A stretch of 64,000 nt of DNA from a virus (lineage: Duplodnaviria; Caudoviricetes): positions 96,001 to 160,000 of IMG/VR virus record IMGVR_UViG_3300037295_000263; one strand, given 5' to 3'. Positions 8,815 through 17,679 of this stretch are shown here, in pieces (position 1 is the stretch's first letter; every line of letters starts with the position of its first letter). Made by a program: the position numbers and the translations under genes. The notes below the pieces were generated by a model. That model was not told the origin of the DNA, did no database searches, and saw nothing but the letters and a program-made list of their open reading frames with translations.

Positions 8815-9969
8815 TTACTTTTTGGTTTCTCTTAGTACATCGTACATTTCAAATCGTCCACCATTACGTTCGTAAATCAATCCTGCATAGACTTCCGACT
8901 TAGTTGATTCATTAAATTTTTGCGATGCCACACGTTGTGCCCATGTAAACAACGCTTTATCAATAGGATCAATTTGTTGTTGTCCGCCACTGGCTTCTAC
9001 AATAGAGATCATTTCTTTAAATGATAGTTTACGATCAACACTTTCTTTTACTGTAGACTTTTTCTTAGCAAAAGGATTTACTCCTTTTTTAGGAGCAGCA
9101 CCTTTCTTTTTATCAGCAGCAGCTTTTTTCATTGGCTCTTTCTTGTCACCGTCTTTATCTACATCTAAGAAATCAGGTTTAGCACCTTCTTTGACTTGCA
9201 TGCTTTTACAATCTTTAATCATTTCTTTTAATTTAGATTGGTCACAGTCTGGGTGCATCTTGCAAATTTCTGCTGTGGTTTTTCCATCTTTGCACATTTT
9301 AGCAATGTGCGCTTTGGACGGCATACTTTCTGTGCTATGATTCTTTCTTTCAGGCTTATCGAAGTCATATACAGAAGACTCGTCAGTTCTGTCTTCAGAG
9401 TCGCTATCTTTGTCGGAAACTTCTCTAACTTTAAGGTCGCCTAACGCCTTTAACGGATTGCCTAGCATATTGTCGAATGAAGTTTTAGCTTGTGCTTTTG
9501 TGTTAGCTTTTTTAGCAGCTTTTGCAGTTGGTTCTTTTTTATCGTCGTTTTTCTTTGCTTCTACCATTCTAGAAAACTTTAAGTCAAATGCATCGGTATT
9601 AAATGATTCTGTAGTAGCAGGTTCTTTAGCTGCAGTTTTTTTAGCGTCTCGTTTAACTTTTTTATCATCTTTATCGTCACTGCCTGGATCGTATAAACCT
9701 TTAGTTCTGTTATGACGCATACCAGTTTTAGTTTTAGTCGCCACTCCAGTCTTAGTTTGGTAAGTATCTCCTGGTTGTGCATTAGCATCAAACGCTTCTT
9801 TAGTTTCTTTTTCTTTTTTAGCCTCTGCAACATAAGATGTGCGTCCGCTCAACACTCGTAATTGAGCATCTTCAGTTAGCGTCATCGCAGAAGGTATAAC
9901 TGGAGCAGATGGAGTTTTGATTTTTCCATCGATGCTTTCAATTTTTTGAATAAGTTTTTTAAAATCCAT
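8815..9969 (-). CDS. Lys/Glu-rich putative prohead core/scaffold or internal head protein
   Basis: Low-complexity charged 384 aa; repeated hydrophobic-x-E sites (LTE, VAE, MVE, VRE, VKE, IVE); DFLDVDKDGD motif; late-type promoter upstream. Confidence 0.5.
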   Translation of the reverse strand: MDFKKLIQKIESIDGKIKTPSAPVIPSAMTLTEDAQLRVLSGRTSYVAEAKKEKETKEAFDANAQPGDTYQTKTGVATKTKTGMRHNRTKGLYDPGSDDKDDKKVKRDAKKTAAKEPATTESFNTDAFDLKFSRMVEAKKNDDKKEPTAKAAKKANTKAQAKTSFDNMLGNPLKALGDLKVREVSDKDSDSEDRTDESSVYDFDKPERKNHSTESMPSKAHIAKMCKDGKTTAEICKMHPDCDQSKLKEMIKDCKSMQVKEGAKPDFLDVDKDGDKKEPMKKAAADKKKGAAPKKGVNPFAKKKSTVKESVDRKLSFKEMISIVEASGGQQQIDPIDKALFTWAQRVASQKFNESTKSEVYAGLIYERNGGRFEMYDVLRETKK

Positions 9970-9995
9970 TTTTATTAATCCTAGAGTGTTAGATA

Positions 9996-10003
9996 TATTT
10001 ATC
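9996..10003 (-). promoter_or_regulatory. T4-type late promoter motif GATAAATA
   Basis: Overlaps the stop of the upstream gene, ~27 nt before ATG 9969. Confidence 0.55.
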
Positions 10004-10181
10004 TTTTTATGCTTCCGCCGGTCAAAAGGTTTGTTCCTTTTAAATCAAGCGCATTCTTGGCAGTACCGTTTTTATTTTTTAGGGTCTTGCCAGGTTTATT
10101 TTTATAAACAGCACCAACTGATACATTTCCTGCGGAAGTAGCACCTGCTGTTGCTGTCTCTAAAATATCTCGTATTTTCAT
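9999..10181 (-). CDS. Small putative internal virion protein (CTS-like N-terminus MKIRDILE)
   Basis: Start reassigned to 10181, 5 nt after GATAAATA; MKIRDILE|TATAG. Confidence 0.6.
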   Translation of the reverse strand: MKIRDILETATAGATSAGNVSVGAVYKNKPGKTLKNKNGTAKNALDLKGTNLLTGGSIKR

Positions 10182-10186
10182 ATTAT

Positions 10187-10194
10187 TATTTATC
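10187..10194 (-). promoter_or_regulatory. Late promoter, leaderless configuration
   Basis: GATAAATA-ATAAT-ATG. Confidence 0.65.
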
Positions 10195-10203
10195 ATAATG
10201 CTG

Positions 10204-10779
10204 CTACAAATTGCTGTTAAATTCCGGCCCTTGCAAGGTAGTGTTTGTTACTTTTTGTATAAGTTGCCATGCTAATCCTAATTTCTTCTTTTCCAATAAC
10301 TCTTTAAATATTGCTTTTTCTTCTTCGTTAGCAGACTTATAAAATTTCATAACTTCCATCATGCCAATATTTCCCTTATAACTGGCTTCGTGAGTAATAC
10401 TTTCGCCACCTCCGCCGTCGCCTCCCATAGTTCCGCTATATCCTGTATTAAACCCGTATCCTCCGTACCCCCATGCAGCACCACGAGCTTTTTTCTTTTT
10501 GCGAAATCTTTTACGTTCTTGTATGCTTTCGTCTGTATCTTTGTGCCAATAAAGAGAATTAGAATCGTAAGGCGGTGGGGCAAGATTGCGAAGCGTGCTT
10601 TTTTGTGCAGCATTGACTGCTTTGCTTCTTGCAGCAAGCGCCATTCTTTTTAAGGTTTCTGGGTCTTTTCTTTGTAATGCAGGAAAGGCACTAGTTTGAA
10701 AATGCTGTACCCACGTCGAAATGCTGTCGTTTGCAGTTGGTTTGATTCTGGATTCGACAGTAAATTCGCATGCTCTCAT
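10204..10779 (-). CDS. Putative internal virion protein (CTS-like N-terminus MRACEFTVE)
   Basis: Start at 10779 overlaps the erpA stop (ATGA); basic RKRFRKKKK patch and Gly-rich GYGGYG...GGDGGGGE segment. Confidence 0.6.
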   Translation of the reverse strand: MRACEFTVESRIKPTANDSISTWVQHFQTSAFPALQRKDPETLKRMALAARSKAVNAAQKSTLRNLAPPPYDSNSLYWHKDTDESIQERKRFRKKKKARGAAWGYGGYGFNTGYSGTMGGDGGGGESITHEASYKGNIGMMEVMKFYKSANEEEKAIFKELLEKKKLGLAWQLIQKVTNTTLQGPEFNSNL

Positions 10780-11099
10780 ACATTGAAGCTGCTTCCGCAC
10801 CCGCATGTAGATTGTGCATTTGGATTACTAATGCTAAAAGAAGACCCCATGACATCTTCGGTATAGTCGATAACTGCTCCATACAAATACTGCATGCTCA
10901 TACAATCTACTAATAACTTAGTGTCGCCTAGGACTACTTCAAAATCGTCGTCTGATTGCTCGTCGTCGAATGTAAATCCGTATTGAAAACCACTACATCC
11001 TCCGCCTTGAACAAATGTTCGTAGTTTTAATTCAGGTTTCCCTTCTTCATGAAATAAGTCTAATATTTTAGATTTAGCTGATTCAGTAATGTTAATCAT
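10776..11099 (-). CDS. erpA: A-type Fe-S carrier, ErpA/HesB family
   Basis: [11 protein letters not shown] and C-terminal CGCGSSF motifs. Confidence 0.92.
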   Translation of the reverse strand: MINITESAKSKILDLFHEEGKPELKLRTFVQGGGCSGFQYGFTFDDEQSDDDFEVVLGDTKLLVDCMSMQYLYGAVIDYTEDVMGSSFSISNPNAQSTCGCGSSFNV

Positions 11100-11107
11100 G
11101 TTTAATG

Positions 11108-11299
11108 TTATCCTGCAGCTTGGACAGATAACGACTTTTTGTGTTTATCGATTCCTTGCTTTGCTGCTTTTTTCTTGTTAGTGTGAGAACCTGCGCCGCC
11201 GCCGCCGATAGTAGCAGACGCATTTTTAGCAACGGGATTTCGTGGCTTAGCAGGTACAAGATTTTTTTTTAATTCAGTAATAAATTCGATAGCTCTCAT
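11108..11299 (-). CDS. Small basic putative internal virion protein (MRAIEFITE)
   Basis: Start 11299 lies 5 nt after GCTAAATA; N-terminus resembles T4 CTS MKTYQEFIAE. Confidence 0.65.
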   Translation of the reverse strand: MRAIEFITELKKNLVPAKPRNPVAKNASATIGGGGAGSHTNKKKAAKQGIDKHKKSLSVQAAG

Positions 11300-11303
11300 A
11301 GTA

Positions 11304-11564
11304 CTATTTAGCATCTCCGAACCAATGTTTAAACCATTCGTCTGTTCCTGGTTTTATACTATTCTCCCTTGCTACTTGTCCTTTATTGCTGCCCTGTATG
11401 ACAGGTAGTGTTAAACTTCTATATGCAGATAGCGCAGCCTCTCCTCCTAATCCACCTAGCTGTCCGACAGCTTTTAATTGGTGGATTGGATCATCCGATG
11501 ATAATATACAATCATGGTCTTCTGACTGAGTTATATTTGCTGTTGTAATTCTAAATTGTTTCAT
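11304..11564 (-). CDS. Hypothetical protein
   Basis: Probable start MKQFRITT at 11564 (GGAA upstream); ends IKPGTDEWFKHWFG. Confidence 0.65.
   Translation of the reverse strand: MKQFRITTANITQSEDHDCILSSDDPIHQLKAVGQLGGLGGEAALSAYRSLTLPVIQGSNKGQVARENSIKPGTDEWFKHWFGDAK
11305..11312 (-). promoter_or_regulatory. Late promoter, leaderless configuration
   Basis: GCTAAATA-GTACT-ATG. Confidence 0.65.
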
Positions 11565-12150
11565 TTCCAAGACCCATTCCTTCCCTAACTCTATTATACA
11601 TCTCTCTAGAATATTTATCATTTCCAACAGTGTTGGTAAACTCGGAAAAATTGCCTTCTACTGCATGCTTTCTTGCGGTAGAAGCACTAATGCTTTCGAT
11701 ACCATCTGCATCAGGATCTCGATCTCCTGCAGATTTAAAATCTAGTTGATCAAAGTGGTAAAATCCATGGGCTTTGCCTTCTACTCCGTTATATGCAACC
11801 AACGTGTTATAAATTGATTTCCTGTCTGATCCAGCAACAAATGTTGCATTTCTATATCCAGATTCGTACAAAAATACAGCAACTTTTATTATAGTGGTTA
11901 GACTTTTATTGTTAACAACGTGACTTGCATATTTAGGATTCATTGCGCCAATAAATTTAATTTTTTCCTCATAAGTTAACGGATTCTTTTCTTTATCTTG
12001 AGTAGAACTTACAAATATCTTGTAATCGTCCCCCAGAGCGGACATGACCTCGAATAAATGAGCATGTCCTCGTGTGGGAGGATTCATTCTGCCAAAACAA
12101 AACGCAACTGTATTAGAATTAGGGTTCTCAAAGAGTTCAATTAGTTTCAT
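11551..12150 (-). CDS. HIGH-motif nucleotidyltransferase (cytidylyltransferase/NMNAT-like)
   Basis: FGRMNPPTRGH (HIGH-type), VAGSDR and ISASTARK (KMSKS-equivalent); N-terminus MKLIELFE. Confidence 0.85.
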   Translation of the reverse strand: MKLIELFENPNSNTVAFCFGRMNPPTRGHAHLFEVMSALGDDYKIFVSSTQDKEKNPLTYEEKIKFIGAMNPKYASHVVNNKSLTTIIKVAVFLYESGYRNATFVAGSDRKSIYNTLVAYNGVEGKAHGFYHFDQLDFKSAGDRDPDADGIESISASTARKHAVEGNFSEFTNTVGNDKYSREMYNRVREGMGLGNETI

Positions 12151-13046
12151 GATATAAAGTTACATATTTTTGTTTGTACATGAGTAAAGGCACTTTCGAT
12201 TTTAGACAACGACAGATTTTTTTCAATTTCTTTCATAGTTCCTATTTCTCCAGATTTTACAGTAATCATAGATTTAAATATGCCTTGTATTCTATTACCG
12301 CTTCGGGGGTTTGTCAACACCTGTTCTGAAGTTGTTAACAGTTCGTCAAATGATAAACTTAAATTATATTGATATAATAGTTTTCGTAAATCTTCAAAAT
12401 TCTTAGATGTCCATAAAATTTCTTTATTCAATTGATTAAATGTTCCAGGAACGTAACTAACTCTACGTAGCTGTAGTTCAACACTAGACAGATTAAATTC
12501 ATATTCTTGATCGAGTGGTAATTCACTATCTACTTCGATGCCCAACTTTGCAAATAGAATTGAAGGAGCAGTTTCGATAGCTGCAACTTTGACTAGTCCT
12601 AGTATTATACCTTGCTTAGCAGCAGGCAAATCCAAAAATTGTTTCTTAAATAGTGCTTCTGTAGAATCTAACGCAATGATATTGTCGATTTGCACACTAT
12701 ACCCTAACTGTTTGTCATAATAACGAACCGTAACTAGTTCTCCAGTGTTGTATGTCTTTTTACCTGAATGTTTAACAGAAGTAAACGGAACAATAACAGA
12801 ATCAGGCATCTGATTAAAGAATACCACTAATTCTTTTTTAACTGTAGGTTTATCATGAGCCGACTCGACATGTACAATGATATCGATATCACCAAAGCTT
12901 GTTTTGTTAAAATCGGAGTTGTAACTTCCTGAAACGTGCAACGAAACGAACCCTGGAAATTTTGAAATAATGTTGTCGTATGATAACAAAAATTTATCGA
13001 AGTCGGCTCTACTTTTTACCCGATCAGCACCAGTAGACCCGCTCAT
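12147..13046 (-). CDS. Pol-beta superfamily (minimal PolX-like) nucleotidyltransferase
   Basis: SGSY...FGDIDIIV plus third Asp in VQIDN. Confidence 0.7.
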   Translation of the reverse strand: MSGSTGADRVKSRADFDKFLLSYDNIISKFPGFVSLHVSGSYNSDFNKTSFGDIDIIVHVESAHDKPTVKKELVVFFNQMPDSVIVPFTSVKHSGKKTYNTGELVTVRYYDKQLGYSVQIDNIIALDSTEALFKKQFLDLPAAKQGIILGLVKVAAIETAPSILFAKLGIEVDSELPLDQEYEFNLSSVELQLRRVSYVPGTFNQLNKEILWTSKNFEDLRKLLYQYNLSLSFDELLTTSEQVLTNPRSGNRIQGIFKSMITVKSGEIGTMKEIEKNLSLSKIESAFTHVQTKICNFIS

Positions 13047-14032
13047 TATAATTGTGCTAACAAGTTTGATGTAGCAGGAAGAAATTTTCCTGACAAACTC
13101 AATTTATCTTTCCTTAAAATCCATTCCTCTTGCAAATTATTAGGAATATCTGCTCGTGTAGAATCAAGTATTTTAAAATATACATTCAAAAGCTGAGAAT
13201 AGTCTGCAGGTTTCATTTTTTCTTTAAGCAGTGCATGCAACTTAAAATAGTCTTCTGCATCTTCTTGTAATATATCAAACCCTAATCGTGCGCTTAGCAT
13301 TGCAAGTGCTTGACCTGGATCGTGTGCGACAACAAGATCAGTATCTTTATCTTTTACCCCAGTAACATGATTAAATGATAAATTAGCTACTTGGAATGCC
13401 GATAACATTAATTGTGTGCGATGCAGGCCCTTAACATTCGAAGTTAACAAACGCGGAGCAGAGTAATAAGAAAATTTAAGCCATGGCAGATCACCCACCA
13501 TCCAATCTATCTGAACATTTATATCTAGCTTTTTTCCAGAAGCATTACTTTGTGGGTAAAGCCCAAACATGTTTCCAGTGGAAACTTTTTTCTCGTCAGC
13601 TTTCAATACAGGTGCTTTGATGTTAATTTGTTTTGCTAATACTTTTAAAAATGCTTTCATTCTTAATTGAGAAGGTGTGGAAGTACGGGCTCGCTTAGTT
13701 AGTAATTGGAATTCAGCTAACACTTCAGCCGGGTCTACTCCCCATTCTGCAATAGCATTGTCTGACATATCTTTGTCTAAAATAACCGATACATCCACTG
13801 CTAAATCAATATCTCCTGATTCGTCTACTTTACCAACAGAACCTACAGGATTAAAGTATTGTTCATTAAAGATTTTAGACTTATTTGGAAAAATTGCAGC
13901 TAACTCTTTAAAATACTCATTTAATGTTGGGCTAATATTTTCTTTCTTAATGCCACTAGTTTGCCCTTTGAAAACGTTTCCGCCTTCAACTACTAATACT
14001 GGTTGTATGTCTGTGTGTTGATCAATCTTCAT
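13046..14032 (-). CDS. Pol-beta superfamily (minimal PolX-like) nucleotidyltransferase
   Basis: VGSVGK...SGDIDLAV plus third Asp in VQIDWM; N-terminal VVE|GGNVFK. Confidence 0.7.
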   Translation of the reverse strand: MKIDQHTDIQPVLVVEGGNVFKGQTSGIKKENISPTLNEYFKELAAIFPNKSKIFNEQYFNPVGSVGKVDESGDIDLAVDVSVILDKDMSDNAIAEWGVDPAEVLAEFQLLTKRARTSTPSQLRMKAFLKVLAKQINIKAPVLKADEKKVSTGNMFGLYPQSNASGKKLDINVQIDWMVGDLPWLKFSYYSAPRLLTSNVKGLHRTQLMLSAFQVANLSFNHVTGVKDKDTDLVVAHDPGQALAMLSARLGFDILQEDAEDYFKLHALLKEKMKPADYSQLLNVYFKILDSTRADIPNNLQEEWILRKDKLSLSGKFLPATSNLLAQL

Positions 14033-14363
14033 TGTAATCGCCTTTTGTGATAAATTGTTCTTGTTCCTCGGATATTTTTTTTGCTAACTTTTGTATTTCA
14101 TACTTGTCGAACTTTTCTTTTGAATTTTCTACTTCGTATTTTTCTAAATAATGTTTGAGACATTGCTTTACTGGCTGTACATATAATTTCCATACGTCAG
14201 GATTTCCAACATACTTTTTATGTTTTTCAACAGTAGGAAAGATGTAATTTCCTAGCATTTTGTTATCGTTATCGATAAAGAATTTTAAGTCAGCTGCCCA
14301 ATCGACATCTTGATCATTTTCTTTAGGACCACCAACAGGACTAAACATTTCTTTTAATAACAT
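14022..14363 (-). CDS. Hypothetical protein (N-terminus MLLKEMFS)
   Basis: 113-aa ORF; first gene of the NTase operon; GGTGAT SD-like sequence. Confidence 0.7.
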   Translation of the reverse strand: MLLKEMFSPVGGPKENDQDVDWAADLKFFIDNDNKMLGNYIFPTVEKHKKYVGNPDVWKLYVQPVKQCLKHYLEKYEVENSKEKFDKYEIQKLAKKISEEQEQFITKGDYNED

Positions 14364-14421
14364 ATTATCACCAGTTTTTGTACTAACATCATACCGACGT
14401 ATTCGGCTTATGATTTCTCAA

Positions 14422-14429
14422 TATTTATC
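14422..14429 (-). promoter_or_regulatory. Late promoter motif GATAAATA for the NTase operon
   Basis: Intergenic, upstream of 14363; the leader contains a hairpin at 14388-14414. Confidence 0.55.
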
Positions 14430-14431
14430 AG

Positions 14432-14788
14432 TTAAACACTATATCGAATTACATCAATTGTACCGTCCTGGATGCAAAATGCAGCTCGGATCCATACAAA
14501 GTTTCCTGTAAAGTTACGACTAGTATACACGGTTAACGGAACATTGTCAATTGATTCCACAGGAAGCCCGTTATCGTATTCTATATCAAACCAGTCTTTT
14601 TCACCAGGGTGTAGAATTAATGTACCTTGTAGCTTAACCTGACCTTTAAAATCATTAATTTGAAATATTGCAGTGTGTAGCGGAAATTCTTTACGATAGT
14701 ATCCAGCACCTTTCTGTTCTTTAGAATAAAGAAAGTTTTCAGAAATCGTACTGGCAGAATTTAATAAGATGATATTTTCAGTGGCCAT
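14432..14788 (-). CDS. Hypothetical (probably virion-associated) protein
   Basis: 118 aa, beta-rich; GATAAATA-ATGTT-ATG start. Confidence 0.7.
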   Translation of the reverse strand: MATENIILLNSASTISENFLYSKEQKGAGYYRKEFPLHTAIFQINDFKGQVKLQGTLILHPGEKDWFDIEYDNGLPVESIDNVPLTVYTSRNFTGNFVWIRAAFCIQDGTIDVIRYSV

Positions 14789-14793
14789 AACAT

Positions 14794-14801
14794 TATTTAT
14801 C
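14794..14801 (-). promoter_or_regulatory. Late promoter, leaderless configuration
   Basis: GATAAATA-ATGTT-ATG. Confidence 0.65.
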
Positions 14802-14818
14802 AGATAATATACGTGAAA

Positions 14819-14850
14819 GTGGGGCTCATTATTTGTATAATGTGCCCCAC
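14819..14850 (-). terminator. Hairpin, probable terminator after clpA
   Basis: GTGGGGC-A-CATTAT-ACAA-ATAATG-A-GCCCCAC followed by TTT on the minus strand. Confidence 0.6.
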
Positions 14851-14872
14851 TAGAATGTATAAATTTTACAAC

Positions 14873-17185
14873 TTACACTTGGTATATTTGCTCTTCGACC
14901 TTATTTAAAACTTTCTTTTTTCGAGGTGCTCTAGCAATTTTCATGCTTTTTTCTCTAAAAGTAAATTTAGGGCGATCTTCTTCGATAGTAACATCCACAT
15001 ACCCGCCATTTACCAATGCCCCGAATAATACTTCACGGCTCAGTGGAGATTTGATTTCGTTGTCGATTACCCGACCTAGCGGTCTAGCCCCCATCTTGCT
15101 ATCATAGCCTTTTTCGGATAACCACTTGTTTGTTGCATCATCGATGATAATTTCAATATTCTTATCATATAATTGTTCGTTAAGTTCTTTAATAAATTTC
15201 TCAACAATCTTATGCACAATTTTTGTATCAAGTTTAGCAAATTTAATGATACCATCTAATCGATTGCGGAACTCCGGAGGGAAGAATTTTTTAATAGCTT
15301 TATCGTCCTCGCCGTCTTTTGATAAATCGCCAAATCCGATAGTGTTATTTTCGTTATCGCGGGCACCTAAATTTGAAGTCATAATAAGAATGCAATTACG
15401 ACCATCAGCTTGTTTTCCATTCGATCCTGTGACAAATCCGTTATCCATAAACTGCAAAAGAATATTGCTAACATCCGAGTGGCTTTTTTCAATTTCGTCT
15501 AATAACAGCACACAGTTAGGATGTTCTTGTAGCTTAGTAATTAGCTGTCCAGCGTTGTCTTCATATCCTACATAGCCCGGAGGAGAGCCAATTAATCTAG
15601 AAACGGAATGCTTTTCTTGATATTCGCTCATGTCAAACCTTATCAATTCCATGCCCATTTTTTGGGCTAAGGCTTTAGCAGTCTCTGTTTTGCCTGTACC
15701 AGTAGGTCCAGAAAACAAGAAACTTCCTATGGGCCTATTGGGGTTTTTCATGCCTGCCTGCGATACAAAAATTTTGTCTAATAAAGTCTCAACTGCAGTA
15801 TTTTGCCCGTAAACTATCGATTTTAGATTATTTTCTAAATTAGCAAGGTTGTTGCTTTCTTTTTGAGCAACATTTTCCAATGGAATGTTAATCATCTTGC
15901 TTAATTCATAAACAATTTGTTCAACATCTACAATCTGCGTAATTCCTTCTTCGGCAGGATCATCTTTAAGTTTATATCGAGCAGCAGCACAGTCGAGTAT
16001 ATCGATGGCTTTATCTGGAAGTTTTTTGTCTGCCATGTATTTTACACTTAACTTTACTGCCTGTTCGATAGCACCGTCTGTGATTTTTACATTATGGTGT
16101 TGTTCGTAATATCTTTTAATACCTTTAAGTATTTTAACTGTAATTTCGGGAGTAGGTTCGTCGATAGTAACCCGCTGAAACCGGCGCATTAGTGCTCTAT
16201 CTTTTTCAAAATGCTTTCGGTATTCTTCCCAAGTTGTGCTAGCAATCAGTTTAATCAGACCTTTAGTTAACATGGGTTTAATCATATTACTCATATCATT
16301 AGATCCTTGGTTAGACGATCCTGCACCTTGCATCATGTGCGCTTCATCAATAAACAGGATAACTTTTCCTTTTTTCTCTAAAGCAGCCATAACCGACTTA
16401 ACTCTTTCTTCAAAGTCTCCTCGATATTTTGACCCTGCTAACATAGCACTAATGTCTAATGTATAAACTTCGTGATCAAGAATAAACTTAGGAACTTTTT
16501 TCTCAAATATTTTTCGAGCAATACCTTCCGCAATGGCTGTTTTACCTACGCCAGGGTCACCGACCATAAGAACATTACTTTTGTTACGTCGAGCCAATAC
16601 TAATTGTATTTTTTCAATTTCTTCATCTCGTCCAATTACCGGGTCAATTTTACGTTGCTTTGCTAACGCAGAAAGGTTTGTACAATAAGTGTTGATGACT
16701 TGATCGATTTGAGATTTATTTGGCTGGCTTGTACTATCGTTTGCTGCCTCGGGAAGATTTTCTTGACAATGCTTAATTAATTTTTCCTTAGTAAGACCGG
16801 CCTTAGACATAAAATAAAAACTAAAGCTATTCTTTTCGCTAAGAATGCTTAGTAACAAATCGGAAATGTTTATGTTTTCTCGGTTATTAAATAATACTTG
16901 CGTAAAACAACGGTTTAACACACGCTCAACCGAATTAGTTTTTTTAGGCTTCACCTCTTCATGATCAACTTTAATATCGTTAAGATTTGAAATAATGTAT
17001 TGATCAATATTTGCTTTAATAAATTTCGAATCTGCTCCTGCTTTCTTAATTAATTCGAACGAATCCTCATCCTGCATTATAGAATGTACTAAATGTTCGA
17101 TAGTTATGTATTCGTGTTTATGTAGAGTCGCTAACTCTACAGATTTATCAAAAATCTCTTGCAATTTTTTACTAGGTTCAATCAT
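14873..17185 (-). CDS. clpA: ATP-dependent Clp protease ATPase subunit ClpA
   Basis: Clp N-domain (HEYITIEHL); two AAA+ modules GDPGVGKT/FIDEAH and GPTGTGKT/LLDEIEK; GSPPGYVG; no ClpB middle domain. Confidence 0.93.
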   Translation of the reverse strand: MIEPSKKLQEIFDKSVELATLHKHEYITIEHLVHSIMQDEDSFELIKKAGADSKFIKANIDQYIISNLNDIKVDHEEVKPKKTNSVERVLNRCFTQVLFNNRENINISDLLLSILSEKNSFSFYFMSKAGLTKEKLIKHCQENLPEAANDSTSQPNKSQIDQVINTYCTNLSALAKQRKIDPVIGRDEEIEKIQLVLARRNKSNVLMVGDPGVGKTAIAEGIARKIFEKKVPKFILDHEVYTLDISAMLAGSKYRGDFEERVKSVMAALEKKGKVILFIDEAHMMQGAGSSNQGSNDMSNMIKPMLTKGLIKLIASTTWEEYRKHFEKDRALMRRFQRVTIDEPTPEITVKILKGIKRYYEQHHNVKITDGAIEQAVKLSVKYMADKKLPDKAIDILDCAAARYKLKDDPAEEGITQIVDVEQIVYELSKMINIPLENVAQKESNNLANLENNLKSIVYGQNTAVETLLDKIFVSQAGMKNPNRPIGSFLFSGPTGTGKTETAKALAQKMGMELIRFDMSEYQEKHSVSRLIGSPPGYVGYEDNAGQLITKLQEHPNCVLLLDEIEKSHSDVSNILLQFMDNGFVTGSNGKQADGRNCILIMTSNLGARDNENNTIGFGDLSKDGEDDKAIKKFFPPEFRNRLDGIIKFAKLDTKIVHKIVEKFIKELNEQLYDKNIEIIIDDATNKWLSEKGYDSKMGARPLGRVIDNEIKSPLSREVLFGALVNGGYVDVTIEEDRPKFTFREKSMKIARAPRKKKVLNKVEEQIYQV

Positions 17186-17679
17186 TTTAGGTTCTTCCTT
17201 AGTTTCTTCATAGCTAATTGTAATTTCAAAGGCGATACGTTGTCAACGAAGCAAACACCATTCAAGTGATCCAGCTCATGTTGAAAACATCTAGCAACGT
17301 ATCCGTCCATAGTCACTGTGTGCGTGTTGGCGTTGCTATCTTGGTATTCTGCAGTTATTTTTGAAGGTCGTTTAACGTTCAAATACAGTCCTGGATAACT
17401 AAGACATCCTTCTCGAAACAAGCTAGTTTCGGTACTTTCTTCGAGAATAACGGGATTGAATACACCAAATGGCATTGGAAATCCGTCGATGTTAAAACTG
17501 CCCATTACAAAAACACGATCGGTTAGCCCAATTTGATTAGCAGCCAGACCAATGCCGTTATTCGATATCATCAAGTTTATCATATCTTGTTCGAGTTGTT
17601 TTGCATTGTTATTTACAGAAAAATCCCAAGCTGTACTGGACATAACTAGACTTTCATGTTCTCCTAAATTATACTCCAT
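17182..17679 (-). CDS. def: Peptide deformylase
   Basis: GIGLAANQIG, EGCLS and QHELDHLNG motifs. Confidence 0.96.
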   Translation of the reverse strand: MEYNLGEHESLVMSSTAWDFSVNNNAKQLEQDMINLMISNNGIGLAANQIGLTDRVFVMGSFNIDGFPMPFGVFNPVILEESTETSLFREGCLSYPGLYLNVKRPSKITAEYQDSNANTHTVTMDGYVARCFQHELDHLNGVCFVDNVSPLKLQLAMKKLRKNLK

